Shown: positions 9,565 to 18,993 of the stretch, piece by piece
Layout: every line of letters begins with the position of its first letter
Position numbering within the stretch: position 1 is the first letter of the stretch
NCBI GenBank assembly: GCA_041483195.1
Contig: JBGPFC010000010.1
Span: 1-64,000 of the forward strand
DNA: 64,000 bases
Reading direction: 5' to 3'
Origin: Candidatus Eiseniibacteriota bacterium
Lineage (GTDB): Bacteria; Eisenbacteria; RBG-16-71-46
Notes under the pieces: model-generated
Database searches by the model: none
What the model saw: the letters and a program-made list of their open reading frames with translations, nothing else
Told to the model about the DNA's origin: nothing
Made by a program: the position numbers and the translations under genes

Positions 9565-12042
9565 CTACTTCACCACCACCGCCCGCGCCGTCTTCACGCT
9601 CGATCCCTGACTGAACCTGACCACGTACACGCCCGGCGCGACACGCCCCGCGTCGGCGAGGATGACGTCGTGCCGGCCCCGCCCGAGCGAGCCGACCTCG
9701 CGCTCCGCGACGCGGCGGCCCGCGATGTCCATCAGCTCGAGTCTCGCGGGCGCGGCGCTCGGCAGCGCGAATTGCACCGTCAGCTTCGTGCCCACCGACG
9801 GATTCGGGTACACGCCCACCAGGTCGAAGGCCGGGCCCTCCGCAGTCGCCCATGCCTCTCCCGCGAAGCTGAGCGTGCCGCCGTCGGTCAGGCCGAGCCG
9901 GTAGCCGTAGCGCGTCCCGCTCATGACCGTCGCGTCATCGAAGCGCAGGTAGCCGCTGCCATCGATGGCCGTCACGGCGATCGCCGCCCAGTCGCTGCCC
10001 TTCGTGCGGCGGTACACCGTGGCCGGGACGCCCCGCTTGTCGGCCGAGTACCAGGTCAGTCGGATCCGGTCGGGCTGCGCGTCGCAGCTGACGAGTGAAG
10101 CCAGCGCCGGCGTCGGGATCCCCGCAAAGTACGTCTCCGCGAAGTCGACCGCGTCGATCCCGACGGTTCTGCCCATGAGACGACCGGGAATGTCGTCCTG
10201 CGGCGGGTGGATGCCGCCCCAGATTCTCGAGAGGCTGCATTGATCGGCCGCATCCCGATACGTCGCCCATTGGAGCGTCACGTCCATGCTCGGGCCATCT
10301 TCGAACACCAGGAATTGATTCCGCGGCGCGAAGAAGGAAGACATCCCACCCGGAAAATATTCGTCTCCGGTGATGCGCGTCATCACCTCGGCGGCCGCGC
10401 GTGAATAGGTGGAATGTCCGGACGTGTATCCCGCGAACGGCGGGGTCACGAAGGTGGGCCGCTGATAGGGCCACCAGTTCTCGGCGAGAATCCAGCCCAC
10501 CCCGGAGGTGTCCGATGCCGGGTTGGTGACGTACGTGGGTCCGCGCCACGCGTACAGCTTGATCTTGTTGACATTCACATTGCCCGATCCCGCGAGCGGA
10601 TCCCCCGTGTGCACCAGCTCGACGTAACCCGGCAGCAGTGGCAGCCCGGCCGGGGAATAGTGGGGAAGCGTCGCGTCGCTCGACTGTCCCTGACCCGCCA
10701 TCCACCGAAGTGCCGAGACGGGGCGCACGGTGTCGTACCAGCCCTTGTTGCCCCAGCATGCGATCGCGGCGTCGTGAACCGCGCCTCCCATTGCAAGGTA
10801 GGCCTTCACGTCCCACTGCAGGTCATCCAGGACCGGGCCCTGCCCCTCGAGGCGCTTGACGAACGAGGGCTGGTCGCTCACGTAGTTGAGAATGGTGAAC
10901 CAGTGCCCGGGAGGAGTCTCTGAGTTAGGTCCATCTGCCCAGAACTCGGCGAGCACCCGCGTGTAGTCGCCGCGCGGCACGAACTGCGGCGTGTACGGCA
11001 GGCCGGTGCGGGGGTTCAACGGACGCCCCGTCCCGGTATCGCCGCCCTCGAGGAGATTGTAAAAACTCGGGAAGTCCGCCTGGGCTTGTGGGAGCACGGC
11101 GTTGTTGCCCCGGGACGCGGGCGAGATGTCCCACATGACGATGTCGGATGCCTTCAGATGAGACGACCACACCGCGACCAGCTCGTACCCCCACTTGTAG
11201 AGAATGGACCCCGGACTGCTGGCATTCAGCGGATCGATATAGGGCGGGGGGCCGGGATCGTGGTAGACCTGCCAGTCGTAGCCGCCGCGTGGGTGGCTGG
11301 TCAGTTCGCTGGGCGTGAGCGCGAACGGCGTCACCGCGCCCCACTCCGGACCGATGAATTTGGGCGTCGAGCCGGGGATGATGTTGCCATTCTGGTCGAT
11401 GAAGACCGTCACCGTCAGCGGCTGCCAGCGGTTGGGGTCGACCAGGGTCGAGTCGCCCCGCAGTGCCATGATCATGGGAGGGTTGACGGGATTGTAATAC
11501 TGATACGCGAAGTTGCCCTGTTCGTTCGAGCCATCCTGCAGGCCAAAATTAATGATGCATTGGGCGATGTAGTTGCCGAGCGCGGCCGAGGAACCGGTGG
11601 AGTAGTTCGTCGATGTGAATGTCTTGTCGTATCCCAGCGTCGTCATCAGGGCGTCGAACCGCGCCAGCGATTGAGCGGCACCCGGAGAGGTCTGGTAGCG
11701 ATACCTGAGCAGGCGGTAGCACGCGAAGCTGATGGTCTGATTGCGCGCGGCCTGGATGTCGGCGGGGGCGGCGATTCCGTTGAACGGGCAGTAATAGCCG
11801 CCCACCTGATGGCCCAGGAGATACGGCCTGGCGAACGTGTCGTAAGCTGCCCATGAATCGTAGGCCGCGATGGAGAAATGAAAGAGATTTCGCGCCTGGA
11901 TGGGCGGTCGCGCCAGGTCGATCCGGATCGCCGCGATGAGCGCCTCATTCCACTGCCTCGCGACGGATTGCACGGCAAGCGCCGGCTGCGCGAAGAGTGC
12001 GAGCAGCGCGAAGGCCACGGGAAAGCGAAGTGTGGCGGGCAT
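9565..12042 (-). CDS. Secreted vanadium-dependent haloperoxidase-like (PAP2 superfamily) protein with C-terminal T9SS-like domain
   Basis: Signal peptide; vanadate/phosphate-binding motifs KGWYDTVRP, YTSGHS and SRIWGGIH; C-terminal 'YPNP...DIAGRRV...PGVYVVR'; GGAGG RBS. Confidence 0.88.
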   Translation of the reverse strand: MPATLRFPVAFALLALFAQPALAVQSVARQWNEALIAAIRIDLARPPIQARNLFHFSIAAYDSWAAYDTFARPYLLGHQVGGYYCPFNGIAAPADIQAARNQTISFACYRLLRYRYQTSPGAAQSLARFDALMTTLGYDKTFTSTNYSTGSSAALGNYIAQCIINFGLQDGSNEQGNFAYQYYNPVNPPMIMALRGDSTLVDPNRWQPLTVTVFIDQNGNIIPGSTPKFIGPEWGAVTPFALTPSELTSHPRGGYDWQVYHDPGPPPYIDPLNASSPGSILYKWGYELVAVWSSHLKASDIVMWDISPASRGNNAVLPQAQADFPSFYNLLEGGDTGTGRPLNPRTGLPYTPQFVPRGDYTRVLAEFWADGPNSETPPGHWFTILNYVSDQPSFVKRLEGQGPVLDDLQWDVKAYLAMGGAVHDAAIACWGNKGWYDTVRPVSALRWMAGQGQSSDATLPHYSPAGLPLLPGYVELVHTGDPLAGSGNVNVNKIKLYAWRGPTYVTNPASDTSGVGWILAENWWPYQRPTFVTPPFAGYTSGHSTYSRAAAEVMTRITGDEYFPGGMSSFFAPRNQFLVFEDGPSMDVTLQWATYRDAADQCSLSRIWGGIHPPQDDIPGRLMGRTVGIDAVDFAETYFAGIPTPALASLVSCDAQPDRIRLTWYSADKRGVPATVYRRTKGSDWAAIAVTAIDGSGYLRFDDATVMSGTRYGYRLGLTDGGTLSFAGEAWATAEGPAFDLVGVYPNPSVGTKLTVQFALPSAAPARLELMDIAGRRVAEREVGSLGRGRHDVILADAGRVAPGVYVVRFSQGSSVKTARAVVVK

Positions 12043-12145
12043 GGTGGGGCATCCTCCAGGAGACTCGGTGGCACCACAAGGATGTGCGCCTAGAGGAAAG
12101 CGGCGCGCTGTCGACCGATGAGTCTACCCAAGCGGAGCCCTGCTG

Positions 12146-12320
12146 TCATGACGTAAGTCTCGCCAGGATTTGGCTGGCCGTTCGAGTGATGCCACTTTCG
12201 CCCGTCCTGGGGACTCCTGCTTCTTGCGCCCGGGCGGGGGTGTGCAGGCCCGCGAACAGCGCGAGTGCCGCGCACCTGATCACGACCGGGACCGCACGGC
12301 GGAGGATCGAGGCAGTCATC
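12146..12320 (-). pseudogene. Short ORF or truncated gene remnant with a signal peptide
   Basis: MTASILRRAVPVVIRCAALALFAGLHTPARA-QEAG... stops about 26 residues after the AxA site. Confidence 0.35.
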
Positions 12321-12454
12321 AGGCCCTCGGACTTCACGGGGCCTGAGGCCCTCCCGCGCGGGCAGGGGCCGGGGATCAGGATCCAAGCGAGGTACCTTGA
12401 TTCCAGGCTGGGGCGGAGACCCGGGACCAGAGCGTTTTCGGCGCTCGGAGGGCG

Positions 12455-13333
12455 CTACTTCTGATCCGCGCTGGAGGTGCGCCCGGCGCGCCCGGCCGTG
12501 GCTTCGCTCGAGCGGTGGCGCAGCACCGATTCCCGTTTTCTCGCCCAGTCGTCCAGCCACCGCACGACTCGCGGCGGCGATGGGACCGAGAAATCCTTGG
12601 CGGTCGCCACCCGCCCCTCGAGCAGGAGCTCGCGCGGCTGGTGGTAGGTGCCGAACGTCCAGTCCGCGATCGGAAGGCCGAAGAAGCCCGAGATCGCCTC
12701 GTTGCACGAGATGTTCGCGTGATGCATGTGATGGAAGCCGTACAGCTTCCTCCACACCACGCCGAATCGCGGATGCTCGGTCGCGCGCTTCCACCACTCG
12801 TAGGGGTGATGTTCGATCGCGTGGAGAATTTCGTAGAGCGACATGGACCATGCGATCGCCGCATAGCCGCCCAGCAGGAATGGCAGCTGCGGGAACAGGA
12901 GCTGAAGGCCGATCAGCAGCGGGCTGAAAAGCCCCCAGAACGCCAGCAGCGCGTAGATCGGAAAGGCCGAGTCCTCGTGCTGGTCCTCGCTGGTGATCGG
13001 GTAGCGGTTCAGCACGTACCGATCGGAGCCTTCCGTAATCGGCTGCAGGCGAATCGGCGTGAGCCCGTGGTGGTTGCGGTGCGCCTTCGCGAAGGTGAGC
13101 AGCCAGCGGGCCGTCACCGAGTGGAGCACGTAGCGATGGAAGGCCCACTCGAAGAAGCAGACGAACAGGTGCACGCCAAGAAACACCAGCACGATGGCCA
13201 GCGCGCCAGCGGCGAGCTGGCTCTTCCAGACGTTCGGCATTAGCAACCTGAAGGCCACGAACAGCAGCCCGAGCTGGACGACGACCTGAACGCTGAACCA
13301 CCAGATCGAGAAGCGTTTCCTGAGTTGCGCCAT
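12455..13333 (-). CDS. Fatty acid hydroxylase/sterol desaturase family membrane protein
   Basis: His boxes HRYVLH, HRNHH, HAIEH and HHMHH plus TM helices. Start at MAQLRKR is inferred. Confidence 0.85.
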   Translation of the reverse strand: MAQLRKRFSIWWFSVQVVVQLGLLFVAFRLLMPNVWKSQLAAGALAIVLVFLGVHLFVCFFEWAFHRYVLHSVTARWLLTFAKAHRNHHGLTPIRLQPITEGSDRYVLNRYPITSEDQHEDSAFPIYALLAFWGLFSPLLIGLQLLFPQLPFLLGGYAAIAWSMSLYEILHAIEHHPYEWWKRATEHPRFGVVWRKLYGFHHMHHANISCNEAISGFFGLPIADWTFGTYHQPRELLLEGRVATAKDFSVPSPPRVVRWLDDWARKRESVLRHRSSEATAGRAGRTSSADQK

Positions 13334-13608
13334 GAACAAAGGTCTCCGATGTCGGCATGCCGTCTCGCCACGAGCGGCGAGGCCATCACGAATTTCGACA
13401 TGGTAGCCTAATTGGGGCCTTGGCTTCACCTGTTCCGTGTCGAATTCGCGATCGCTGGTCATTTTTCGACGAGCGGCTCGAAGATTCTCGACCGGCGAAC
13501 AGGGCGGCAGGGAATGCCCCCGCTGCTCCCGAAGGCGCCATTCGGGTTATCGGCAGGGTGACGCACACTCCTGAACGCTGCGATAGCGCGCTGAAGCGGC
13601 CAGCGATC

Positions 13609-14091
13609 TCAATCGAATTCGCTTTTTGCCGGCGGAGGCGCCTGGTCCGGGCCGACGCGGCCGATCGTGATCGTCGCGCGCGCATAGTTCTCGCCGCGCA
13701 TCGGCGCGCCTGAGATGCGTCGCAGCATCGTGAGCTGGCCGACGTGGGTGAGCGCGTCGGCGATCGGTCCCTGAAACAGGCGCTCGAGAGGAAATCCCGG
13801 CGTCGCGCCCGAGGCGAGCAGCCCGTCGAACGCGGCGAGCGAGGCGTGGAAACGCGCGACCTCGGCGTCCCACGGCAGTCGCGTCGAGTCGCGCCAGACC
13901 TTCTCGCCCTTCGCGAGCGACAGGGCCCAATCGAGCAGATCCCCGATGTGCGCGAGGATCTCGCCCGGCGTGCGTGTGGTGGGCGACGCCTTGTAGCTCG
14001 CGAACTCGGGCGGCGCGCCGCGGACCGCTTTGGCGCCCCGGTACGCGAGGGTGGCAACGGCGTGGCGGAGAAATTCGCGTGCGTCGTTCAT
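13609..14091 (-). CDS. DinB/YfiT-like protein
   Basis: 'RTPGEILAHI...DALTHVGQLTMLRR'; AGGA RBS. Confidence 0.75.
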   Translation of the reverse strand: MNDAREFLRHAVATLAYRGAKAVRGAPPEFASYKASPTTRTPGEILAHIGDLLDWALSLAKGEKVWRDSTRLPWDAEVARFHASLAAFDGLLASGATPGFPLERLFQGPIADALTHVGQLTMLRRISGAPMRGENYARATITIGRVGPDQAPPPAKSEFD

Positions 14092-14190
14092 TTCCTGCCT
14101 CCGAATGGGGTGACGGCGTGGGGCGCCCCGGTCCGGCGCTGACCGGCGACGATAGCGAGTGCGACCGGCGCATGCCAGCGAAACGCGCGA

Positions 14191-14215
14191 CGGCCACCTC
14201 CCGTCGAGGTGGCCG
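14191..14215 (-). terminator. GC-rich hairpin downstream of the GEVED gene
   Basis: 10-bp perfect stem cggccacctc/gaggtggccg with a 5-nt loop; no U-tract. Confidence 0.4.
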
Positions 14216-14253
14216 CCACGCTTCGAACTTCGCCAGGCTTCAGGTCCGGAGCA

Positions 14254-17007
14254 TCACCGGATCCGAATGCCCCGCTGCGTGAGCACGCGATCGCCCACGC
14301 GCAGCTTCAGCACGTAGTACCCGGATGTGATCTCCGCCCCCCGCGCGTCGCGGAACTTCCACTCCACGCGGTGCTCTCCGGGCTGCATCCGCCCGCGCGC
14401 CAGCTCCGCGAGCTGGCGGCCGGCGATGTCGTACGCGACCAGCGAGACATCGGACTCACGCGACAACGTGTAGCTCGCCACGATCCCGCTGCGCGCGGGG
14501 TTGGGAACGATCGGCGCGAACCACAGATCGCCCGATCGCGACCCATCCTCGACCCCGGTGACCTTCGCCGCGATCCCGATCGGATAGTCCTCGGTCTCGC
14601 CGCCCGTGAACTGGCTGCCCGGCAGGCTGGCCGATCCATTCCATGGATAGTCGTCGGGTGCCGGCTCCGACGAGAGCGTGATGCGCATCCACGGCGTGCC
14701 TTCCCTCGGCCCGACCTGGAACGACGGGGAGGTGAGCGCGTTGCAGCCGGGCGCGAGCCCGACCTTCTTGTTCTTCACCGCCCATTCGGGAGCGCAGCGA
14801 TGTGGCGGACACGCAATCATGTCGTTCCAGTCGCCGTCGTAGTTCCAGTCCACCAGGATGTTCAGGTACACGGTCGTGTTGTTATCGCTGCAGTTGTACG
14901 CGTTGTACGGCACCACGCCGAGCGAGCAGCCGGTGACGGTGACGAAGCTCGCGAGGCCGGCGTCGGCATCCCCGTAGCATTCGTCCTGGCCGTACAGCTG
15001 GCCGTCCGCGAACTCGTTGCAATCCACGATCACAGCATCGTTGCACCAGCTGATCGATCCCGAGATGGCAACGAGGTTCACCTTTCCATCGATCTCGCTG
15101 TCGATGCCGGAGAGCGGGCTGATCGGCGTGCCGCAGCCGAGCCAGAAGTGATCCGCGTCGCTCGCGAGCGCGACGTGCTTCACGTAACCGGTGATCGCGG
15201 GCGGGGTGCTGCTCGGCGGCGCACATTCGAGCTGCTGATCGCCGGGAGCGGTAGGGAAGATGCAGGTCGGGAAGTGCCCGATGATCCCGGTCGAATAGGC
15301 GGCAATCCCCTCTGGCGCATCGCCGAAGTCCTGGTAGTCGATCTGACAGGGCGTCGCGATGGTGACCGGATAGTCCTCGGTCTCGCCGCCGCGGAAGAAG
15401 CCCTGTCCCGCCGGCCCGCCCGCCGAGCCATCCCACGGGAAGTCGTCGGAGACCGGCGTCGCGGTGAGGGTGATGCGCAGCCAGCCGCGGCCGGCATTGG
15501 GCCCCGCGAGGAACGATGGCGAGATGTGCGTCTCGCAGCCCGAACCCAGCGTGACGATCTGATTCTTCACCGCCCACTCGTACGCGCACGAGGGGTTCGG
15601 ACCTGTTCCGCACTGGAAGTTGTCGTTCCAGTCGCCGTCCCGGTTCCAGTCCACGAGGATGTTGAGATAGACGTCCCTCGGGGTCTGGCAGTTGAACGTC
15701 TTGAACGTCACGGTCGAGGCCGTGCAGGTGTTGAAGCTGATGGGCCCCGCGATGCCGGCGTCCACGCCGTCCGCGTTGCACTCGTCCTGGCCGAAGTTGA
15801 GCCCGAATGCGGCCTCGACGCAATCCACGGCGATCGCCGGCGAGCACACGCTGATCGGGCCGCCGGTGTCGTTGGTCTTGCCATCGAGCTCGCTGTCCAC
15901 TCCCGGAAGGCCCGCCGCGGGATCGCCGCAGCCGAGCCAGAACTGGTACGGGTCGTCGGAGGACGATACGTGCCGCACGAAACCCGTCGGACCCGGCGGC
16001 GTGCTGATCGGCGCGCAGAACAATTGCTGAGTTCCCGGCAGCGTGACGGCCGAGCAGGTCGGGAAGCGTCCGGGGATACCGGGATACGCCTGAACCTCTT
16101 CCGGCGCGTCGCCCCAGTCCTCGTAGTCGGGGCACGGCGCGGTGTGATTGATCACGACCGGATAGTCCTCGGTCTCGCCGTCGGTGAACTGCTGCCCCGG
16201 ACTGGTCGCGGTGCCGGCCCACGGGAAGTTGTCGTTCACGGCTTCGTCGCTGATCGAGATGCGCATCCATCCATCGCCCGCGTTCGGCCCCGACATGAAG
16301 ATCGGCGAGGTGACGGTGTTGCAACCCGGCCCGAGCACGATCGAGACGTTCTTGACGGCCCACTCGAACGCGCAGGTGGTGTTGCACTGGTAGTTGTCGT
16401 TCCAGTCGCCGTCCTGGTTCCAGTCCACGAGGATGTTGAGCACGACCTGGCGCGAGACGGTCGCACAATTGTAGGCCTGGAACGTCACCGTCGAATTGGT
16501 GCAGATGCCGAAGCTGACGGGCGAGGCGATGCCGGCGTCGGTGCTGCCGTAGCATTCGTCCTGGCCGAAGCTCATGCCGAAGGCCGCCTCGACGCAGTCG
16601 GTGGGCACCACGTCGTTGCAGACGCTGATCGGTGCGCCCGTGGCGTTCATCTTGCCGTCGATCTCGGAGTCGATGCCCTGCGGGAGGCCACCCGTGAGCG
16701 GGCAACCCAGCCAGTAACCGCCGCCCGCCGCGGGATGCTGATGGCGCACGAAACCGGTGAGGCCGGGCGCGGTGCTGATCGGCGCGCACGCCAACGTCCG
16801 GTCTCCAGGCGCGGTCGGGACGGTGCAGGTCGGGAAGTGCCCGACCACGCCCGGGTACGCGAACACGCCTTCCGGCGCGTCGCCGAAATCCACGGCCGAG
16901 CGCTGACAATCGTTGGGGCCATCGACATCGGTGGCCGGTGCCGGGGCGGGAAGCGCGAGTGCTCCCATCAGCAGCACGCCGATGAATCGCGCGGGGGAAT
17001 ATCGCAT
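14254..17007 (-). CDS. Secreted Cys-rich protein with three GEVED-type repeats and a C-terminal FlgD-Ig/T9SS-like domain
   Basis: ATG at 17007 after GGGAGG; signal peptide; three units 'D(F/W)GDAPE...NILVDWNxDGDWND...WMRI...GETEDY'; C-terminal 'PNP...YDIAGR...SGYYVLKL'. Confidence 0.87.
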   Translation of the reverse strand: MRYSPARFIGVLLMGALALPAPAPATDVDGPNDCQRSAVDFGDAPEGVFAYPGVVGHFPTCTVPTAPGDRTLACAPISTAPGLTGFVRHQHPAAGGGYWLGCPLTGGLPQGIDSEIDGKMNATGAPISVCNDVVPTDCVEAAFGMSFGQDECYGSTDAGIASPVSFGICTNSTVTFQAYNCATVSRQVVLNILVDWNQDGDWNDNYQCNTTCAFEWAVKNVSIVLGPGCNTVTSPIFMSGPNAGDGWMRISISDEAVNDNFPWAGTATSPGQQFTDGETEDYPVVINHTAPCPDYEDWGDAPEEVQAYPGIPGRFPTCSAVTLPGTQQLFCAPISTPPGPTGFVRHVSSSDDPYQFWLGCGDPAAGLPGVDSELDGKTNDTGGPISVCSPAIAVDCVEAAFGLNFGQDECNADGVDAGIAGPISFNTCTASTVTFKTFNCQTPRDVYLNILVDWNRDGDWNDNFQCGTGPNPSCAYEWAVKNQIVTLGSGCETHISPSFLAGPNAGRGWLRITLTATPVSDDFPWDGSAGGPAGQGFFRGGETEDYPVTIATPCQIDYQDFGDAPEGIAAYSTGIIGHFPTCIFPTAPGDQQLECAPPSSTPPAITGYVKHVALASDADHFWLGCGTPISPLSGIDSEIDGKVNLVAISGSISWCNDAVIVDCNEFADGQLYGQDECYGDADAGLASFVTVTGCSLGVVPYNAYNCSDNNTTVYLNILVDWNYDGDWNDMIACPPHRCAPEWAVKNKKVGLAPGCNALTSPSFQVGPREGTPWMRITLSSEPAPDDYPWNGSASLPGSQFTGGETEDYPIGIAAKVTGVEDGSRSGDLWFAPIVPNPARSGIVASYTLSRESDVSLVAYDIAGRQLAELARGRMQPGEHRVEWKFRDARGAEITSGYYVLKLRVGDRVLTQRGIRIR

Positions 17008-17032
17008 GGTGAACCTCCCAGGGGGGTCGCAA

Positions 17033-17166
17033 GTGTGGGGGGCGGCGTCACCTCGGATCATGGACGGCAGTGAGGGGGGCGGCGTCACCTCGGGCGGCAC
17101 GCGTGGCGATCGCTCGGCGCCAGCGAGTGGCGCCGATTCGAGGTGGCGTGAGGGGGGCGACCTCGG
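17033..17166. repeat. Three related direct repeats upstream of the GEVED gene
   Basis: gtg(t/a)ggggggcggcgtcacctcgg at 17033-17056 and 17070-17093; shortened copy gtgaggggggcgacctcgg at 17148-17166. Confidence 0.8.
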
Positions 17167-17389
17167 CATATGCTTGGACCACAGGGTGCGAAGCAAACGC
17201 GCTGACGCGCGGGGCGCGCTCGTGCCCGGGACTCAGGGGCCGGCAGGATCGCGCGCTCGTCGCAAGCACCCAAGCGCCGCCGCTCGATCGAGCGGCGGCA
17301 TCTCGCGTGAGGGCGGCGAGCGGCGCGGGGAGGTTGCGGCCTCTCAGGGATGCCCGGCAGCGACGGGCGTTTCCTTTGCGCCGGGCGAA

Positions 17390-17429
17390 ATGCTAGACCC
17401 CGCGGGCCGCGAATCAAGACAATTCTTGA
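17390..17429 (-). promoter_or_regulatory. Sigma70-like promoter overlapped by a palindrome
   Basis: TTGATT (17417-17412)-N16-TAGCAT (17395-17390); palindrome TCAAGA-N4-TCTTGA at 17414-17429. Confidence 0.55.
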
Positions 17430-17462
17430 GGGGCCGCGGGTGTCGTCGCCAGGGCCGCCGGT

Positions 17463-17642
17463 CTAGGTCCCGGGGTAGGGCCGGTTCGACGAGGCGATAT
17501 CCGAACTCGGGGAGCGGTTCGATTCCGGCTCGGAGACCCGCGCGGACCGCGGCTGGCGCGGCGCGGCCTTGCGCCCCGCGGCCGCGCCCCGGCGCAGCAG
17601 GAACACCAGCACCAGGATCACGATCGGAAGCAGATTCCACAT
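17463..17642 (-). CDS. Small (59-aa) single-pass membrane protein
   Basis: GGGAGG RBS before ATG; MWNLLPIVILVLVFLL then a basic/polar tail; directly downstream of tadA. Confidence 0.5.
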   Translation of the reverse strand: MWNLLPIVILVLVFLLRRGAAAGRKAAPRQPRSARVSEPESNRSPSSDIASSNRPYPGT

Positions 17643-17680
17643 GGTCCCTCCCGCCGCCCCGCCGCGAGCCTCGAACACCG

Positions 17681-18172
17681 CTACGCGTGCCCGGGCTCGC
17701 GGCGCGATTCCACGGCGCGCCGCTTGCGCTGAAAGAAGCTGCGCAGGATCGCGCCGCACTCGTCGGACAATACGCCGGTCGTCACCTCGACGCGATGGTT
17801 GAGCCGCGGCTCGTGGATGACGTCCAGCACCGAGCCGCAGGCGCCCGCCTTGGGATCGGCGGCCCCGTATGCCAGCCGCCCGATCCGTGCGAGCACGATC
17901 GCGCCCGCGCACATCGCGCACGGCTCGAGCGTCGCGTAGAGCGTGCAGTCGATGAGGCGCCACGACCCGAGCGCGTTCGATGCCGCCCCGATCGCGAGAA
18001 TCTCCGCGTGGGCGGTCGCGTCCTGCAGCGCCTCGGTCTGATTGTGACCGCGGCCGATGACGATCCCGTCGTGAACGATCACCGCGCCGACCGGCACCTC
18101 GTCGGCCGCCGCGGACGCCCCCGCCTCGCGCAGCGCCGCGCGCATGCCGGCTTCGTCGTCGCGAATCAGCAT
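17681..18172 (-). CDS. tadA: tRNA adenosine(34) deaminase
   Basis: 'EVPVGAV', 'AHAE', 'TLEPCAMC', 'DPKAGA', 'LNH', 'FF' motifs. Confidence 0.93.
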   Translation of the reverse strand: MLIRDDEAGMRAALREAGASAAADEVPVGAVIVHDGIVIGRGHNQTEALQDATAHAEILAIGAASNALGSWRLIDCTLYATLEPCAMCAGAIVLARIGRLAYGAADPKAGACGSVLDVIHEPRLNHRVEVTTGVLSDECGAILRSFFQRKRRAVESRREPGHA

Positions 18173-18224
18173 GGCGTGCCGAGCAGCGTGGCGAGCGAGC
18201 ACGCGCGATGGGGCGGTGCGCGCC

Positions 18225-18989
18225 TCATCGCGCGGAGTCCCGCGGCGCGGCGGCGCCCGGCACGGAGCGCGGCGGATACGCCGCCACCCACCGCGCGAAC
18301 ATCGGCGCGAGCACGGTATCGAAGCCAGGCGGACGCGTCTCGTTCCCCACCGGCTGGGTGCCGAGCCCGCTGCTGCTCATCCCGAGCGCGGGCGGCCGCG
18401 CCTCGTGGTAGGGGCCCTCCGCGACCTCGCGTCCCTGGGCGGTCCACGCCAGCCGTCCGAGCGAATCCACCAGCGCCGCGCGCAGCGCCGCGGAGGTCGT
18501 GGGCTTCCCCGACTGGTCCCACTCCATCGCGACCTGCTCCCAGGTCTCGATGCGCACCGCGAGCAGCGCCTGCACGCGCAGCAGCGCGCACAGCCGCGGC
18601 GCGGCGAGCGAGTCGACGCGCCCGCGTTCCACGATCTGATTGCGCACCGCGCGCAGCAGCGAATCGCCGCCGCTCGAGCGCAGCATCGCGCGGGTGGTGA
18701 CGCTCGATACCCAGCGATACGACGTGGAGCGAAGCGCCACGCCCAGCGCGGCGTCCACCTGCCGCTCGGCATCGAGCTGATTGTCGAAGCTCGCGGCGGG
18801 CAGCAGCGCGATGGCGCCCACGCCGAACGAGGCGAAATCGGGATGCGTCCAGATGCGGTCGACCGGCTTCGGTGGCTTCGCGGCGTGCGCGACCGCGGAC
18901 GCCATCAGGAGCGCGGCCAGCGCGAGCGTTGCGGACGCGAGCACCGCGGGTGCGGGCGCGGCGGGTGCGACCGGCCGAGGGTGCGACAC
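18225..18989 (-). CDS. Hypothetical exported protein
   Basis: Signal peptide ending AHA; fills the gap between the lipoprotein gene and tadA. GTG start is inferred. Confidence 0.7.
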   Translation of the reverse strand: MSHPRPVAPAAPAPAVLASATLALAALLMASAVAHAAKPPKPVDRIWTHPDFASFGVGAIALLPAASFDNQLDAERQVDAALGVALRSTSYRWVSSVTTRAMLRSSGGDSLLRAVRNQIVERGRVDSLAAPRLCALLRVQALLAVRIETWEQVAMEWDQSGKPTTSAALRAALVDSLGRLAWTAQGREVAEGPYHEARPPALGMSSSGLGTQPVGNETRPPGFDTVLAPMFARWVAAYPPRSVPGAAAPRDSAR

Positions 18990-18993
18990 GGCG

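Noticed and set aside
12043..12148. TGA read-through joining the small ORF to the haloperoxidase
   Set aside because: The continuation is not in frame with the ATG at 12042, and there is no Cys-motif context or convincing SECIS.
17033..17166. 24-nt direct repeats as a mini-CRISPR
   Set aside because: Only two full copies with a 13-nt gap, irregular spacing and no cas genes.
17350..17386. c-di-GMP riboswitch in the GEVED leader
   Set aside because: Only a GCAAA/GGAAAC-containing hairpin is present; the two-stem GEMM architecture could not be built.
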